Of a stretch of DNA of 53,023 nucleotides, positions 26,020 through 33,261 are shown one piece after another. The notes under the pieces were generated by a model, which was not told the DNA's origin, made no database searches, and saw nothing but the letters and a program-made list of their open reading frames with translations. Position 1 is the first letter of the stretch; each line of letters begins with the position of its first letter. The DNA is taken from positions 1 through 53,023 of the forward strand of contig JAZDEN010000038.1 in the NCBI GenBank assembly GCA_043808805.1, read 5' to 3'. Made by a program: the position numbers and the translations under genes. The stretch comes from an archaeon. GTDB lineage: Archaea; Nanobdellota; Nanobdellia; SCGC-AAA011-G17; VGLX01.

Positions 26020-26443
26020 GAACTTCTTTCTTCTCTTCTTCCTTCTTAACTTCAGGCTTTTTTTCCTTCTTCTCCTTCTTTTCCTTGACAGGCCTTTCCT
26101 TAACTTCCTTGCCTGTAACTTTCTCTTTTATCCTGTCAGCGAAGCCCTTCTCCTTCTTCTCAACCTTCTTCTCCTCAGGAGCGCCGACCAGCTCAACCTT
26201 GATGTAACTCTCTTCCTTGTCCTCGACCTTTGAGACTTTAACAGTAACTTTATGAGGAGGACTCTTCATACCCCTTGACCATAACTGCATGTTCAGATAA
26301 CGACCAATCCTGACATCATCATTCTTCATGTGTTTTTGCACGAACGCCCTAACTGCAGAAACAGCCTTCTTGGCCCTCCTGTAATGGGCCACCTTAAGCC
26401 ATTGTTTCCTCAATGGTATTGTGTAAGTTCTTTCGTCTGCCAT
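25991..26443 (-). CDS. rpl31e: 50S ribosomal protein L31e (eL31) with a long K/E-rich C-terminal extension
   Basis: ERTYTIPLRKQWLKVAHYRRAKKAVSAVRAFVQKHMK...VRIGRYLNMQLWSRGMKSPPHKVTVKV is the eL31 core. About 60 extra residues of KEKKEKKEKKPEVKKEEEKKE follow. Confidence 0.85.
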   Translation of the reverse strand: MADERTYTIPLRKQWLKVAHYRRAKKAVSAVRAFVQKHMKNDDVRIGRYLNMQLWSRGMKSPPHKVTVKVSKVEDKEESYIKVELVGAPEEKKVEKKEKGFADRIKEKVTGKEVKERPVKEKKEKKEKKPEVKKEEEKKEVPNPVEEKKE

Positions 26444-26444
26444 C

Positions 26445-26618
26445 TTAAGCCTTTATCCTCGTCCTCTTCCAACTTCTCTTGACTGCAGTGTGCCTCGAAG
26501 GATGAACCTTCTTCCCAGTACCATATTTCTTAGGCACTGTCCAGAAAGGAGCCCACTTAGTCTGGGCCAACTTCTTAGCCAACCTTTTCTTCTTCCCGAA
26601 TGGTTTGAATCTACTCAT
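26445..26618 (-). CDS. rpl39e: 50S ribosomal protein L39e (eL39)
   Basis: Absent from the ORF track (57 aa). My translation is MSRFKPFGKKKRLAKKLAQTKWAPFWTVPKKYGTGKKVHPSRHTAVKRSWKRTRIKA. It shows the typical eL39 basic pattern and sits in the conserved position between the PDCD5-like gene and rpl31e. The start forms an ATGA overlap with the upstream stop. Confidence 0.85.
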   Translation of the reverse strand: MSRFKPFGKKKRLAKKLAQTKWAPFWTVPKKYGTGKKVHPSRHTAVKRSWKRTRIKA

Positions 26619-26950
26619 CTTCTGTTGAACTTGAACTCCCTCTTCTCAGGGGTAAGCTGCTGAAGCAGCTTCTTGAAGCCCTCATCATTGAGCTTCTCCT
26701 TTAACTGCCCAGACTCAACAGCCTGAGCGATGATCGCGATTGCCTGAATGGCTTTCTCGGGATGAGCAGCCTTAAGGTTGCCATACCTTGAAATTGCCTC
26801 TTTTGTCATGAACTGTTTTGCAATAGTTTCCAGCAACTCGATCTGCTGCTGCAACTGAATTTGTTTCTTCAGCTCTTTTCTTTGCTCAGCCATGTATTTT
26901 TTCTGCAAATCATCAAGCTTTTTTCTTCTTATATCTTCTATGCCATTCAT
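26615..26950 (-). CDS. PDCD5/TFAR19-family dsDNA-binding protein
   Basis: 111 aa. Contains QQQIELLETIAKQFMTKEAISRYGNLKAAHPEKAIQAIAIIAQAVESGQL. Family pattern plus the conserved archaeal neighbourhood rps19e-PDCD5-rpl39e-rpl31e. Confidence 0.75.
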   Translation of the reverse strand: MNGIEDIRRKKLDDLQKKYMAEQRKELKKQIQLQQQIELLETIAKQFMTKEAISRYGNLKAAHPEKAIQAIAIIAQAVESGQLKEKLNDEGFKKLLQQLTPEKREFKFNRR

Positions 26951-27372
26951 TTTTTCAGAGTCTTGCCAACTCCGTCCAAGAACGCCTTACCTTTCGGCGT
27001 GATGAACCTTCCCTTATGGCCTTTCTTCTCTGTCTGCTTGATAAACCCAGCTGCCTCGAGCTGCTGAAGCATAACCCTTATGATCTTGCCAGAAGCCCTA
27101 TACCTGTGCTCCGGCGCATGACCACGATTCTTCTTACTTCCGTAATTAGTCCTCAGCTTTGAAACGCCCAACGGACCTCTAAGATAAACCTTCCTCAGAA
27201 TCGATGCAGACCTGTGGTACCACCAGTCAGAATTTTCAGGCGGCCTCTGCTTAGAATGACCTGTCTTGACAAAAACAGCCCATTTGGGAGCCTGAATAGA
27301 CTCAACTTTCTTCAATTCCTGGGCTGCCTTTTCTATAAGAGAGTTAGCATCCACATCATAAACCGTAGGCAT
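26947..27372 (-). CDS. rps19e: 30S ribosomal protein S19e (eS19)
   Basis: Contains TVYDVDANSLIEKAAQELKK...APKWAVFVKTGHSKQRPPENSDWWYHRSASILRKVYLRGPLGVSKLRTNYG, the canonical eS19 pattern. Confidence 0.9.
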   Translation of the reverse strand: MPTVYDVDANSLIEKAAQELKKVESIQAPKWAVFVKTGHSKQRPPENSDWWYHRSASILRKVYLRGPLGVSKLRTNYGSKKNRGHAPEHRYRASGKIIRVMLQQLEAAGFIKQTEKKGHKGRFITPKGKAFLDGVGKTLKK

Positions 27373-27411
27373 GTAGAATTCGACAAGAAAACGGGTTTAA
27401 AAAGGTTTCTG

Positions 27412-27606
27412 TTAATGCCTTCTACGTTTCCTATGCTTGTCGAAGGCCTTGGGAATAACAACCAAAGCAAGAATGAAGATTATAACAAGGAAAAGGGAGT
27501 ACATAACGCTCATGGAGACCTCAACAAACCCCAAAGACAGAATAACGAGAAGTATCAGAAGGAAGATTACCAAGGCAACAGCAATGCTCTTCGTGTACCT
27601 CTCCAT
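27412..27606 (-). CDS. small two-helix membrane protein
   Basis: Internal ATG at 27606 gives MERYTKSIAVALVIFLLILLVILSLGFVEVSMSVMYSLFLVIIFILALVVIPKAFDKHRKRRRH. The longer 137-aa track ORF overlaps the upstream gene and looks non-coding there. Confidence 0.5.
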   Translation of the reverse strand: MERYTKSIAVALVIFLLILLVILSLGFVEVSMSVMYSLFLVIIFILALVVIPKAFDKHRKRRRH

Positions 27607-27643
27607 TTTACTAGGAAAGATGTTTTTTATTATATAAAAGTTT

Positions 27644-28159
27644 CTAAACAGGACTGGGGCACAAGTCAGCCAGAGAAAAGGATGGTTCTCTAGCGGTTTC
27701 TGAGGTGAGAAAGTCCTTGTAAGACAAAAGCTTGAGATAGGGGGTTGATTTGGGATCAAATACAAAATTCGGAAGGTAAATCCTCTGCCCTTCCCTAACA
27801 TCCTCACCCTGATGTATGGTCTCATCCTTAGTCAATTTGAAAGCCTTCTCTATCCCTCCGATAAAAGAACTAGAGCTGTCATAAAAGTGGAAAAACCTGC
27901 CAACCTCAGGGACAACAACCTCATCCTCAACTTTCAGGTTAGGAAAAATAACAATCGACATACCATTAAAACAGCGGTAAAGCCAAAGCTTCCTAGTTGG
28001 CTTAAGGGCATGAATCTTTCTTCCATCAGAATCAAACTTGTAGTAATTGTCCATCAGGTCCTGGATTGAATGAGCATAGTAAATCTGGGGAAAAAGCTTC
28101 TCCTCCAGCCTATCACGCAAAGATCCAAATCTCTTGGTGTGCTCATTTATGTCCATCAT
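27644..28159 (-). CDS. hypothetical protein
   Basis: 171 aa with an ATG start and host-like codon usage. No family recognised. Confidence 0.5.
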   Translation of the reverse strand: MMDINEHTKRFGSLRDRLEEKLFPQIYYAHSIQDLMDNYYKFDSDGRKIHALKPTRKLWLYRCFNGMSIVIFPNLKVEDEVVVPEVGRFFHFYDSSSSFIGGIEKAFKLTKDETIHQGEDVREGQRIYLPNFVFDPKSTPYLKLLSYKDFLTSETAREPSFSLADLCPSPV

Positions 28160-28170
28160 TTACAAAACAC

Positions 28171-28956
28171 CTAACTGTGATTCTTAACTATAGAGCAATC
28201 ACCCGGAGGAAGGGCCTGCATGACCTCATCGAGAGCGATCTTGAAAGTAGTCTCATGCTCAAACTTCCTCTTGACATCTTTTGCGACGTCACTTTTTTTA
28301 ACATTACCAGGCCTCAACAAAATGTCAAAGGCACAATTCTTCCTGATTGCAGAGTGAGGCCCGCACATGACAACACCATCCGATGTAATGCCAACGGCCA
28401 ACTCAACAACAGGCTTGAAATAATTCCTCTTGCCATAAACCATGAAAGCACCCTTAGGCAGACCAAACTCCTTCTTAATCTGATCAGGAGAGAATGAATA
28501 AACATCGGTGGCAGCAAGCTTATTGCGCCAGGCACGTGAGAAAGATGCGGTCGCCTGGGCAGCCTCGTTCAAGGTTATGTCACCAGGCTTCTTAGACTCA
28601 CTCTTAATTATGAAAAAAGGGCTTCCAGGAGACTCTGTGTGGAAAACAACATCATTCTTATCAAGATGCTTCTTAACAACAATGTCATTTGTGGTTGCGT
28701 CACGACCGCCAACACACAAGAAACCTTCAGAGCTGATAAACCATCTGAACTTTTCGTACCACTGCCTCTTCTTGCGCTCAACCTTCTTGAGAGTCTTGAC
28801 CTCATGGTCTTCCTGACTCAACTTTTCTAACTTATCCAAGGTTTTCTTCAATGCCAATTCAGCACCAGCTATCTTACGCTTAGCCTTCTTAGCCTTCTCA
28901 TAATAATACTCAGCGTTCTTCTCAATGGTTTTTGAAAGATCAAGCTCGACTCTCAT
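28171..28956 (-). CDS. NFACT-family protein, C-terminal half (coiled-coil return strand, NFACT-R/DUF814, C-terminal domain)
   Basis: Contains EKNAEYYYEKAKKAKRK (the conserved NAxxYYxKxKK segment), then QWYEKFRWFISSEGFLCVGGRDATTNDIVVKKHLDKNDVVFHTESPGSPF (the DUF814 core W(Y/F)EKF(R/H)WF.SS.G....GGRDA..N). The ATG overlaps the cysS stop by 4 nt. Confidence 0.8.
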   Translation of the reverse strand: MRVELDLSKTIEKNAEYYYEKAKKAKRKIAGAELALKKTLDKLEKLSQEDHEVKTLKKVERKKRQWYEKFRWFISSEGFLCVGGRDATTNDIVVKKHLDKNDVVFHTESPGSPFFIIKSESKKPGDITLNEAAQATASFSRAWRNKLAATDVYSFSPDQIKKEFGLPKGAFMVYGKRNYFKPVVELAVGITSDGVVMCGPHSAIRKNCAFDILLRPGNVKKSDVAKDVKRKFEHETTFKIALDEVMQALPPGDCSIVKNHS

Positions 28957-30341
28957 TTAAACTTCCACCTAACACCATCCTTAGTATCCTCTAGAATAAC
29001 ACCTTTCTTGCTTAATTCTTCACGAATAGTATCTGCCCTCTTGAAATCTTTTTTCTTCCTAGCATCCTCTCTTTCATCAATCAATTTCTTTATCTCAGTG
29101 TCAAGCTTCTTCTCCCCAACCTCGAGAATTCCTATAACCTTGTCAAATTCCATCATCGTCTTCTTGATTTCAGCAGCATCATTCCTGCTCATCCTAGCCT
29201 TGTAAGAATCACGGACAAAATCAAAAATGGATGCAAGCGCAGAAGACATGTTAAGATCAGAATCCATGTTCTTCTCAAACTGCTTCTTAACCTTGACGAT
29301 CAATTTTGCGACGGTCTTGCTGTCCTTCTCACCCTTTACAGAATCAAGGTAGACCATGAAGTTAAGCAGGCGCTCAACAGCAGCATCAGCAGCACTCAAG
29401 GAATCGAAGGTAAAGTTCAAGGGCTGCCTGTAGTGGGTTGACAACAACAGATAACGAACAGCCTTAGGCTTGTAACCCTTAGAAAGAACATCACGCAGGG
29501 TGTAAAAATTTCCCAATGACTTAGACATCTTCTTCCCGTCAACCATAATGTATTCGTTATGCAGCCAGAATTTTACAAAAGGCTTGCCAGTTGCAGCCTC
29601 TGACTGTGCAATCTCATTCTCATGATGGGGAAAGATAAGGTCAATGCCGCCTGTGTGAATGTCAAAAGTCTCACCTAGATACTTCATCGACATCGCAGAA
29701 CACTCAATATGCCAGCCAGGCCTTCCCTTGCCATACTTCGTGTCCCAGAAAACATCACCGTCAGAAGCATCATAGGCTTTCCACAAGGCAAAGTCATGGG
29801 CATTCTCCTTGCCATACTCATCATTCTTAACACGGCTGCCTGACTGCAGCTCATCAACCTTTATACCAGAAAGCTTTCCATACTTCTTGAACTTTGAGAT
29901 CTTGTAATAAACAGACTTGTCCTCTCCTATGTAAGTATATTTTTTCTTGTCCAATCTCCCAATCAAGGAAATCATCTCAGGAATGTGCTCAGTTGCTTTA
30001 GGATAAAACTCAGCAGGCAGAACATTCAATGCCTTTATGTCCTCAAAAAAAGCTTCTGTGTACTTATTGGTGAATTCCTTCAGGCTCAAACCTTCATTCT
30101 TAGAATCACGAATAGTCTTGTCATCAACGTCTGTTATGTTCATGACCTGCTTGACCTTGAAACCCTTATACAACAGGTAACGCTTCAAAACGTCAGCATC
30201 GACAAAAGCACGGCAGTTGCCTATGTGGACATAGTTATAGACAGTAGGGCCACAATTGTACATCCTAACCTCATTGCCGTTCAAAGGCTTGAACGACTGC
30301 ATCTTCCTCGTCAGTGTGTTGTAAAATTTCAGTGCCATCAT
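28953..30341 (-). CDS. cysS: cysteine--tRNA ligase
   Basis: 462 aa. Has CGPTVYNYVHIGNCRAF (HIGH-type motif), KMSKSLGN (KMSKS) and WHIECSAM (zinc-binding region). Confidence 0.9.
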   Translation of the reverse strand: MMALKFYNTLTRKMQSFKPLNGNEVRMYNCGPTVYNYVHIGNCRAFVDADVLKRYLLYKGFKVKQVMNITDVDDKTIRDSKNEGLSLKEFTNKYTEAFFEDIKALNVLPAEFYPKATEHIPEMISLIGRLDKKKYTYIGEDKSVYYKISKFKKYGKLSGIKVDELQSGSRVKNDEYGKENAHDFALWKAYDASDGDVFWDTKYGKGRPGWHIECSAMSMKYLGETFDIHTGGIDLIFPHHENEIAQSEAATGKPFVKFWLHNEYIMVDGKKMSKSLGNFYTLRDVLSKGYKPKAVRYLLLSTHYRQPLNFTFDSLSAADAAVERLLNFMVYLDSVKGEKDSKTVAKLIVKVKKQFEKNMDSDLNMSSALASIFDFVRDSYKARMSRNDAAEIKKTMMEFDKVIGILEVGEKKLDTEIKKLIDEREDARKKKDFKRADTIREELSKKGVILEDTKDGVRWKFK

Positions 30342-31384
30342 TCCAACTCAAGTGTGATTTTACCTTGCTTTAACTCAATGCCCTTGGTTTTTAACCTTTT
30401 TGCTATCTCATCCCAGGGCAGTTTCTTGTCCCTTGCCATTTTTATCGCATCAAAAATCTCCTTTATGTAAGCATAGTTGCTGTAAATCTTATCACCAATC
30501 TCTTTGTTTAACAATGATTCCTGTCTCAAGACTTCTCCCTGGTCTTTCTGCTTCTCAATAATCTTGTTCAGCTTCTCAAGCTTCTTCACAAAAGCACCGT
30601 CGACAACCTTAATATTCGAATCAAAGAAATCAACAGCAGCAGAGAAATTATCAAAAAACTGCAAAGGTGATTTGCCTGTGAACTCAAACGGAAGGACATT
30701 ATCGCCGGATATGTTGGGCTTCAACCTTGTTATCTTGAGGTAATCAACAACCGAGATTATCTTATCAATCTCAGAGTCTGTTAACTGCTTCTTGTTCTTA
30801 TCAACATCAGCCCTTGCACAAACCTCCTCTGCAAACAATCCACCCATGTTAAAGTCAATCGCGAGGGACTTGACAACACTCTCCTTCTTAAGATTCTTCA
30901 AATCAGAAGATTTCATATTAAAGGGATTTGCCTGGTTCGAAGGGGGGTAAGAGTATTTCTCATTCGGCTTTATGACACGATGGCGCCAGACCTGATTGTG
31001 CAGGCAATTTATTATTCTGTAATCCTTATCGCAAAGGATTATGTTACCGGAGCTGAAAAACTCAGCAATGAGTATGTATTTCTCACCCTTATCGAACTCA
31101 AACTCGACAATCCTCTCAAAATCATGCTGCCTGATATTCCTTAGCCTCGCCTGAGAAATATATTTCCTCAAAACAACCGCAAACTGCGGAAGCTTCTCAG
31201 ACTCAAACTTGTATGAAGTTAGGTAGAAAGAGGAAGGAGATACTTTCAGGAGAAACTTATCGGACTTGAAAAGTGAGATAAGCAACACATTACCATCTTG
31301 GTAAACCTTATCCACCTTTGAATCAAGAATGGACTGCAATTCCCTGACCATGTAATAGACATCAAAAGAGCTGAAGACTTTCAT
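30338..31384 (-). CDS. NFACT-family protein, N-terminal half (NFACT-N domain plus outgoing coiled-coil strand)
   Basis: SSFDVYYMVRELQSILDSKVDKVYQ...FYLTSYKFESEKLPQFAVVLRKYISQARLRNIRQHDFERIVEFEF...YILIAEFFSSGNIILCD is the Rqc2/RqcH/FbpA NFACT-N pattern. The protein ends inside the helical middle region. Its stop overlaps the cysS ATG by 4 nt. Confidence 0.8.
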   Translation of the reverse strand: MKVFSSFDVYYMVRELQSILDSKVDKVYQDGNVLLISLFKSDKFLLKVSPSSFYLTSYKFESEKLPQFAVVLRKYISQARLRNIRQHDFERIVEFEFDKGEKYILIAEFFSSGNIILCDKDYRIINCLHNQVWRHRVIKPNEKYSYPPSNQANPFNMKSSDLKNLKKESVVKSLAIDFNMGGLFAEEVCARADVDKNKKQLTDSEIDKIISVVDYLKITRLKPNISGDNVLPFEFTGKSPLQFFDNFSAAVDFFDSNIKVVDGAFVKKLEKLNKIIEKQKDQGEVLRQESLLNKEIGDKIYSNYAYIKEIFDAIKMARDKKLPWDEIAKRLKTKGIELKQGKITLELE

Positions 31385-31406
31385 GGTAGAAAATAAAACA
31401 GTGAAC

Positions 31407-31414
31407 TTTATAAA
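31407..31414 (-). promoter_or_regulatory. TATA-box-like element (tttataaa) for the NFACT-N/cysS/NFACT-C operon
   Basis: A palindromic tttataaa is centred about 26 nt upstream of the ATG at 31384. This fits a leaderless transcript. Confidence 0.45.
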
Positions 31415-31427
31415 TATTATAGAAAGC

Positions 31428-31435
31428 TATATAAA
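31428..31435 (+). promoter_or_regulatory. TATA-box-like element (tatataaa) for tRNA-Phe
   Basis: Centred about 31 nt upstream of the tRNA 5' end at 31463. Confidence 0.45.
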
Positions 31436-31481
31436 CATTAGTTAAACAAAAATCCCATACAAGGGTCAGTAGCTCAGCCTG

Positions 31482-31499
31482 AGTGAAACCCACGGCTAC
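31482..31499 (+). other. tRNA intron 1 (18 nt, D-loop position about 18/19)
   Basis: BHB-like fold. The outer helix is the D stem GCTC (31472-75) / GAGC (31503-06). The central 4-bp helix is AGCC (31476-79) / GGCT (31494-97). The 5' bulge is TGA (31480-82). The inner helix is GTG/CAC. The 3' bulge starts ACG (31498-500). Both cuts fall after the second bulge nucleotide. The boundary could shift by 1 nt. Confidence 0.7.
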
Positions 31500-31508
31500 G
31501 GAGAGCAC

Positions 31509-31532
31509 ATAAATCTAAAAAATTTAGCTTGA
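31509..31532 (+). other. tRNA intron 2 (24 nt, position 27/28 at the top of the anticodon stem)
   Basis: Relaxed BHB. The central helix is GAGC (31503-06) / GCTT (31527-30, one G-U pair). The 5' bulge is ACA (31507-09). The inner helix is TAAA (31510-13) / TTTA (31523-26). The 3' bulge is GAA (31531-33). The cuts are symmetric. The outer helix is weak. Confidence 0.65.
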
Positions 31533-31580
31533 ACGGCTGAAGACCGTGGTGTCGGGGGTTCAAATCCCCCCTGACCCATT

Positions 31581-31895
31581 TTATTCTTCTTTTTCTTTAA
31601 CCCTAAAAAGAACAGTGGCACGATAAATGCTCTTGCTCTTCAGATTATCATAACCGTATATCTTCTTGGTTACTACCAAATCTCCCTTGAAAGCCCCCTT
31701 CAGCTTCCTTCCGATATCACGTGCAATCTTATGTGATGTTATGTAAATATCAGCACCGTACTTGAAATAAAGCTCCTTAGAAATCTTGGCACCACCCTTT
31801 TTCTTAACCTGAGCCCTTATGAAATCAATGACTTCCTTATCCTTGGGCCTGACCTGGATTACACCTTCCCAATATGCACCGTGCAAACTATTCAT
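31581..31895 (-). CDS. NMD3-like domain protein lacking the N-terminal zinc-cluster region (putative)
   Basis: Contains YWEGVIQVRPKDKEVIDFIRAQV...GADIYITSHKIARDIGRKLKGAFKGDLVVTKKIYGYDNLKSKSIYRATVLFRV. This resembles the YEAxLQxR ... GxDxY ... LxGxD ... YRxT segment of NMD3 family proteins. There are no Cys residues. The ATG at 31895 is used because the track start at 31904 is a GTG. Confidence 0.45.
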   Translation of the reverse strand: MNSLHGAYWEGVIQVRPKDKEVIDFIRAQVKKKGGAKISKELYFKYGADIYITSHKIARDIGRKLKGAFKGDLVVTKKIYGYDNLKSKSIYRATVLFRVKEKEE

Positions 31896-32190
31896 ACTTG
31901 ACACTCATGGCATGGGGAATGCCATCAATCTTTATTATGTTCTCCTTGAAAACAATCTTGGCCTTAACACCTAGGGCGACGGAATGCTCACCCACCATGT
32001 TGACTGTGTGGGCCTCACTAATAACAACCAAAACCTCATCCTCAGAAGCAACATCACCCTTGTAAAACCTTTCAGAAACATCAAGCCTGAGATTCTTCTC
32101 CTTAAAGCACTTGCCCACGAGATTGCAGTCACAGACAGCGATAACCTCCCGGTCCCCTGCCCTGTGTATCTTAATGTAAATCTTGTTCAT
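31888..32190 (-). CDS. DUF424-family protein
   Basis: IYIKIHRAGDREVIAVCDCNLVGKCF...VSERFYKG...NMVGEHSVALGV...IDGIPHA matches the DUF424 pattern. The gene sits in its usual position next to aIF2-beta. Confidence 0.65.
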   Translation of the reverse strand: MNKIYIKIHRAGDREVIAVCDCNLVGKCFKEKNLRLDVSERFYKGDVASEDEVLVVISEAHTVNMVGEHSVALGVKAKIVFKENIIKIDGIPHAMSVKYE

Positions 32191-32597
32191 ACTCTTCCCT
32201 TTATTGGGTTCTTAGCGCCACAAGCAGCACACTTAAGGAACTTGAAATCGCCTTCCTTGATAATTTTTGTGTCAGGCTTACCACAAACCTTGCACAAAAC
32301 AAAATTTTTAGCATAAGTCTCAATCTTTGAGTTAATCAACGAGGATGGAAGCTTCCTGCCAAAAATCAACCTTGGACCGTCGACCTGCGCCGGAGTTGCA
32401 AGCTCACGCTGCAAAAACTTAAGCAGATGTTCCTGCTCACGGTTCAAAGTGCTGGCTATCTGCGAGAAATTTATTATAACAGTCTTATTACCTTCCACAT
32501 GACCCTTCACCTTAGGCATCTCAAACCTTTCAGAACTCTGATTGGTTTTCTCAGGAAGGTTCTTCCTTGCACGTTCCAGCAGCTGCTTGTAATCCAT
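32187..32597 (-). CDS. eif2b: translation initiation factor aIF2 beta subunit
   Basis: Contains MDYKQLLERARKNLPEK...RFEMPKVKGHVEGNKTVIINFSQIASTLNREQEHLLKFLQRELATPAQ and the C-terminal zinc ribbon CKVCGKPDT...CAACGA. The ATG at 32597 is used because the track start at 32618 is a TTG. Confidence 0.9.
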   Translation of the reverse strand: MDYKQLLERARKNLPEKTNQSSERFEMPKVKGHVEGNKTVIINFSQIASTLNREQEHLLKFLQRELATPAQVDGPRLIFGRKLPSSLINSKIETYAKNFVLCKVCGKPDTKIIKEGDFKFLKCAACGAKNPIKGRV

Positions 32598-32650
32598 AAA
32601 AACAACGAGAAGAGGCAAATTTATAAAGGTTTGGTTTAACGGTAGAAATC

Positions 32651-33175
32651 ATGGCAGATGTAACAAAATCATCAGAGAAAAACATAGCACAAATAAACAA
32701 ACAAGAGAATCTAGTGCAAAAAGTATCAAACCCATTCAAGACAATAAAAAATTATTTTGAGAAAAGGAAATTCCAAAAAAAGAACAGATGGATGGGACTC
32801 GTACCTGGAGACCTAGTTGAAATAGAAGGGAACGATTACCTGTACATGGGAATAAATTCAATGGGAGGACCGGGAATGCCTGGCATGGCAGAACCAATGC
32901 TAACAACAGCCTACCCTACAAACCCACAAACAATCTACTACTTCAGACCGAGACAAATGTCTGACACATTCCCGATGAATGTTTTCAGCGAGGAACTGCC
33001 ACCCTATGACATAAGCGGCAGCGGAAGAAAAATATCTTTCATCAACGGAACCAACATAAAAAAGTTTGGATATCTGACAAGGGAAGAATGGCTGCAAGGA
33101 GAATACCTCAAGAGATACGCACAAAGACATGAAGAATTAAAAAGAAGAATTGAAGAAAGAAAAAAATTAAGCTAA
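32651..33175 (+). CDS. hypothetical protein
   Basis: 174 aa with an ATG start. Basic N- and C-termini flank a Gly/Pro/Met-rich middle. No family recognised. The last codons lie inside direct repeat copy A. Confidence 0.5.
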   Translation: MADVTKSSEKNIAQINKQENLVQKVSNPFKTIKNYFEKRKFQKKNRWMGLVPGDLVEIEGNDYLYMGINSMGGPGMPGMAEPMLTTAYPTNPQTIYYFRPRQMSDTFPMNVFSEELPPYDISGSGRKISFINGTNIKKFGYLTREEWLQGEYLKRYAQRHEELKRRIEERKKLS

Positions 33176-33216
33176 ACAACCTTCAAGAAACCTTTTCTGG
33201 GCTCGAACAATTCTGC
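33166..33216. repeat. direct repeat copy A (about 50 bp) matching the 3' end of the OB/winged-helix gene
   Basis: attaagct-aaacaaccttcaagaaaccttttctgggctcgaacaattctgc aligns with 33768-33819. There is one 1-nt indel and a handful of substitutions. Confidence 0.85.
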
Positions 33217-33222
33217 AACGTT
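33172..33222 (-). pseudogene. relic 3' fragment (16 codons plus stop) of an OB/winged-helix gene
   Basis: The minus-strand translation is (stop)NVAELFEPRKGFLKVV(stop). The last 13 residues are identical to the C-terminus of 33775..34476 (..GELFEPRKGFLKVV). Every nucleotide difference in that stretch is synonymous: ccc/cct, aga/agg, aaa/aag, gaa/gag. Confidence 0.6.
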
Positions 33223-33261
33223 TCATGGGTTTGAATTAGAAATATATGTTTACAACCATAA

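Larger units (their letters stand above)
31463..31578 (+). tRNA. tRNA-Phe (anticodon GAA) interrupted by two non-canonical introns
   Basis: Manual fold of the 116-nt locus. Acceptor GGGTCAG/CTGACCC with discriminator A. D arm GCTC-AGCCTG[intron]GGA-GAGC. Anticodon arm C[intron]ACGG-CTGAAGA-CCGTG (anticodon GAA, G37). Variable region GTGTC. T arm GGGGG-TTCAAAT-CCCCC. Removing 18 + 24 nt gives a 74-nt tRNA whose D arm matches other archaeal tRNA-Phe genes as I recall them. Confidence 0.8.

Noticed and set aside
27607-27825. Upstream part of the 137-aa ORF 27412..27825
   Set aside because: It overlaps the 3' end of gene 27644..28159 in another frame. Only the distal 64 codons, from the ATG at 27606, look like a real small membrane protein.
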